From: Calcarisporiella thermophila CBS 279.70
Taxonomy: Eukaryota > Fungi > Calcarisporiellomycota
Direction of reading: 5' to 3'
NCBI RefSeq assembly: GCF_041956535.1
Contig: NW_027192201.1
Coordinates: 222,060 to 286,059 of the forward strand
DNA: 64,000 bases
In this document: positions 61,935 through 64,000 of the stretch, in pieces
Layout: the number at the start of each line of letters is the position of its first letter
How positions within the stretch are numbered: position 1 is the first letter of the stretch
Notes under the pieces: model-generated
Database searches by the model: none
What the model was told of the DNA's origin: nothing
The model's input: the letters and a program-made list of their open reading frames with translations, nothing else
Translations under genes and position numbers: made by a program

Positions 61935-63227
61935 GGTTAGTAGTTCAAATGGTAGGTCGGTCGTGATGCCCATATATACTTCTTCTTATTCTGTACCTTT
62001 CTCGGTACTATCAATGTCTCTCTACAAGGCTGGTCAGAAGCATTACCTGGGTGATTTTGACGAAGAAGTCTACCTTGGCTTTAACTTATATAGGAGACTT
62101 CTAAATAGAGATACTTTGTTAAAAAAAAGGTCGTTAAGTCCAAGTGATGTTCCTCGTCTATAAATTATTAAGTTGGATATAAGTCCAAGGCGATGAAATA
62201 TCCTTCCATTCAAAGCACTTAACTACAATACGACTTCACTGAATACTCTACCACCTATATCTGCTCCCTTCCCGGATTTAACGTCCAACATCTTCATCGC
62301 TTATCCTATACATATTACAGGATTTGTTATTATTATTTTTCTTTTTCTCCTACTTCTACTTTCCTTTTTCCTTGAAAAAATAGGAAAGGTATGCACAATC
62401 TTTGTATACCCCCTACACTTTACATGGATTTCTTGTTTTCTGATGTTTATCAATCTCCTTAATTAAGAACGCAAAAGGATACTTTTTAAAAAAGACCCTT
62501 CTAACAAAAAAAAAACAGCTAGGTCGGTTGCTCTTCGGTGGCCTAGCCGCATAAGACCTTAGACACACCCGCCCATGAGGGTTTGTCGGATTATTTTTAG
62601 AGCCCAATGGCTTTCAATAATATAGCAATAGGCAAGTAGTAAGCAATAACAAAAATAGGTAGCAAAACTCCTTAGGAGAAATAGAAAAAAAAAATGGTAG
62701 GTCAGGGACAATACCTGGGTGAGTAGAAATCTATCCTGTCATTCCCTTCAGATTAAAATTATCTACTGGATGTAAAAAAATGCTCCCCGAAGAAGTGAAA
62801 AAGCATGCCTAGATCGTAACTCTCATACTCCAACACGATAGTATGGACTAGTGCATATAAAAAGCAGCGACTGTATTCGTCAGGACGACTTAGTGCATTA
62901 TGATATTGCAATCAAATATATCTTTCTATTCGAATTACTCATTACAATCAAAGGAAAGTGGGTACAATCACAGAGCAATAAAGATGAATATTCAAGCAGA
63001 AATGGGTAAAGAGCACACTAATCCAAATAGACGAGTGCCATGAGGTAGCATTGATTTCGAAGAAGCAAATAATACTTAGATTGACCGTTTCAGGCATGGA
63101 TCTTTTCAAAATTTATTCCTTAATTTCTAGTACTTTGTATTCTCAGAAAACTTTCTTTACTTGTATTGTATTAAATAAATAGCAGTGCACAAGTACTCGC
63201 ATCCAAAAAGGAAAAAAAAAAGGTTGT

Positions 63228-63420
63228 GGTTCTCATGTGGCATAGTAATTTAGGATCCCGGAGCCGAATTAATAAGATATGGGTTCGATTTCCGCAAGAG
63301 AATCCCGACCAAAAGTGGTTGCCAGGTCTTGCCAAAACTCAAGATATAACAAGCAGTGAATATTATGTGTTAGTATCTACGACGCACTACACAAAGTTCT
63401 TAATGTGGAACATAGAAAAA
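63228..63420 (+). mobile_element. Degenerate tRNA-headed element (decayed SINE or tRNA pseudogene)
   Basis: GGTTCTC...GAGAATC acceptor-like pairing, B-box-like GGTTCGATTTCC, and a downstream ATCTACGA..ACACAAAG motif shared with the 60.8-kb insert. No TSD found. Confidence 0.45.
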
Positions 63421-63790
63421 TCCAAGATAGAGTTCGCGATGTGCGACAGAGACTGCGATATTACGTCCTTCAAATGCACATTTCTCCAACGTAATCGATC
63501 CGGGACGTCCAATCTCTAGTGGAAACTGTAATTTTATCCGCTATGCGAGAATGAAAGAATATACATTCAAAACATTTTTTTACTTGTAAATTTGGGATAA
63601 TAGTAATTGAAGCAGAAAGCCTTTGATATGCGAAGGAAACAAAAAACGAAACAAAAACAATGGATAAGAGCGAAGAATAACGCATTAATTGTGTAATCGA
63701 CGAAAAATATAAAAAGAAATAGCAACCATTTAGCGCTTGGTTTCTTATTTTCCTCCTCGCAAATTTAAATTGCTTGCAGCCATAATCGCT

Positions 63791-64000
63791 CTAGTAGATG
63801 TACTATCAAGAAGAGGATAAAAACCCATCAGATTCAAGTGGAGAACAGGCTTTTGATATTCAAAAATACTCACAGGGATCAGCTTATACGGAACCAGCCG
63901 ACAGTATTCTTCCCAGTACTTTCCGTATTTTCCACGGCATCGCGTGTCGTCTCTCTGAATGCGGTGCAACAGTAAGATAGACATATACACGATATAAAAG
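63791..64000 (-). CDS. 3' end of an ERG4/ERG24-family sterol reductase, most like 7-dehydrocholesterol (Delta7) reductase
   Basis: FYIVYMSILLLHRIQRDDTRCRGKYGKYWEEYCRLVPYKLIP|YIY*; the last intron is gtgagt...gatag. Confidence 0.85.

Noticed and set aside
61963-62163. AP2-like peptide (GQKHYLGDFDEE)
   Set aside because: Only a few residues match and the following helix motif is absent.
1-64000. CRISPR array, rRNA, or a prokaryotic/viral insert
   Set aside because: No regularly spaced repeats or rRNA motifs. The genes are fungal-type and mostly intron-containing, and no operon-like block was seen.

Overview
Eukaryotic, intron-rich (short GT-AG introns) fungal genomic DNA, most likely from an early-diverging, Mucoromycota-like lineage. 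That placement is inferred from gene content (PMS1-type MutL, NFKBIL1-like, ELMO-like and DHCR7-like genes) and was not checked by search. About 22 protein-coding genes are supportable: PMS1-type MutL, an acidic repeat protein, a Tgl3-like patatin, MAPEG, Stm1, NFKBIL1-like, OYE/YqjM oxidoreductase, ARO7, an Ash1-like GATA factor split by a false scaffold gap, mitochondrial IleRS, MTR4, a Ran1/Pat1-like kinase, Ecl1, a kelch membrane protein, an ELMO-ARM-only protein, a carotenoid oxygenase, OSCA/TMEM63, a PY-motif membrane protein, KAR3, a class I CPD photolyase, a DUF89 phosphatase, a GPI-like protein and the 3' end of a DHCR7-like sterol reductase. There is also one tRNA-Glu(UUC). The most unusual region is the gene-free 58.5-63.7 kb stretch, which holds a cluster of retroposed elements upstream of the tRNA. 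A poly(A)-tailed insert with a 17-bp target-site duplication (TSD) sits head-to-head about 60 bp upstream of the tRNA. A full-length tRNA-derived SINE has a 13-bp TSD, and a decayed tRNA-headed element lies further on. The first two share the terminal signature AATAAA-N7-CATTGAT-(A)n, which suggests a possibly tRNA-targeted LINE/SINE system. Coordinates of intron-containing genes were read by eye and give the overall gene span.
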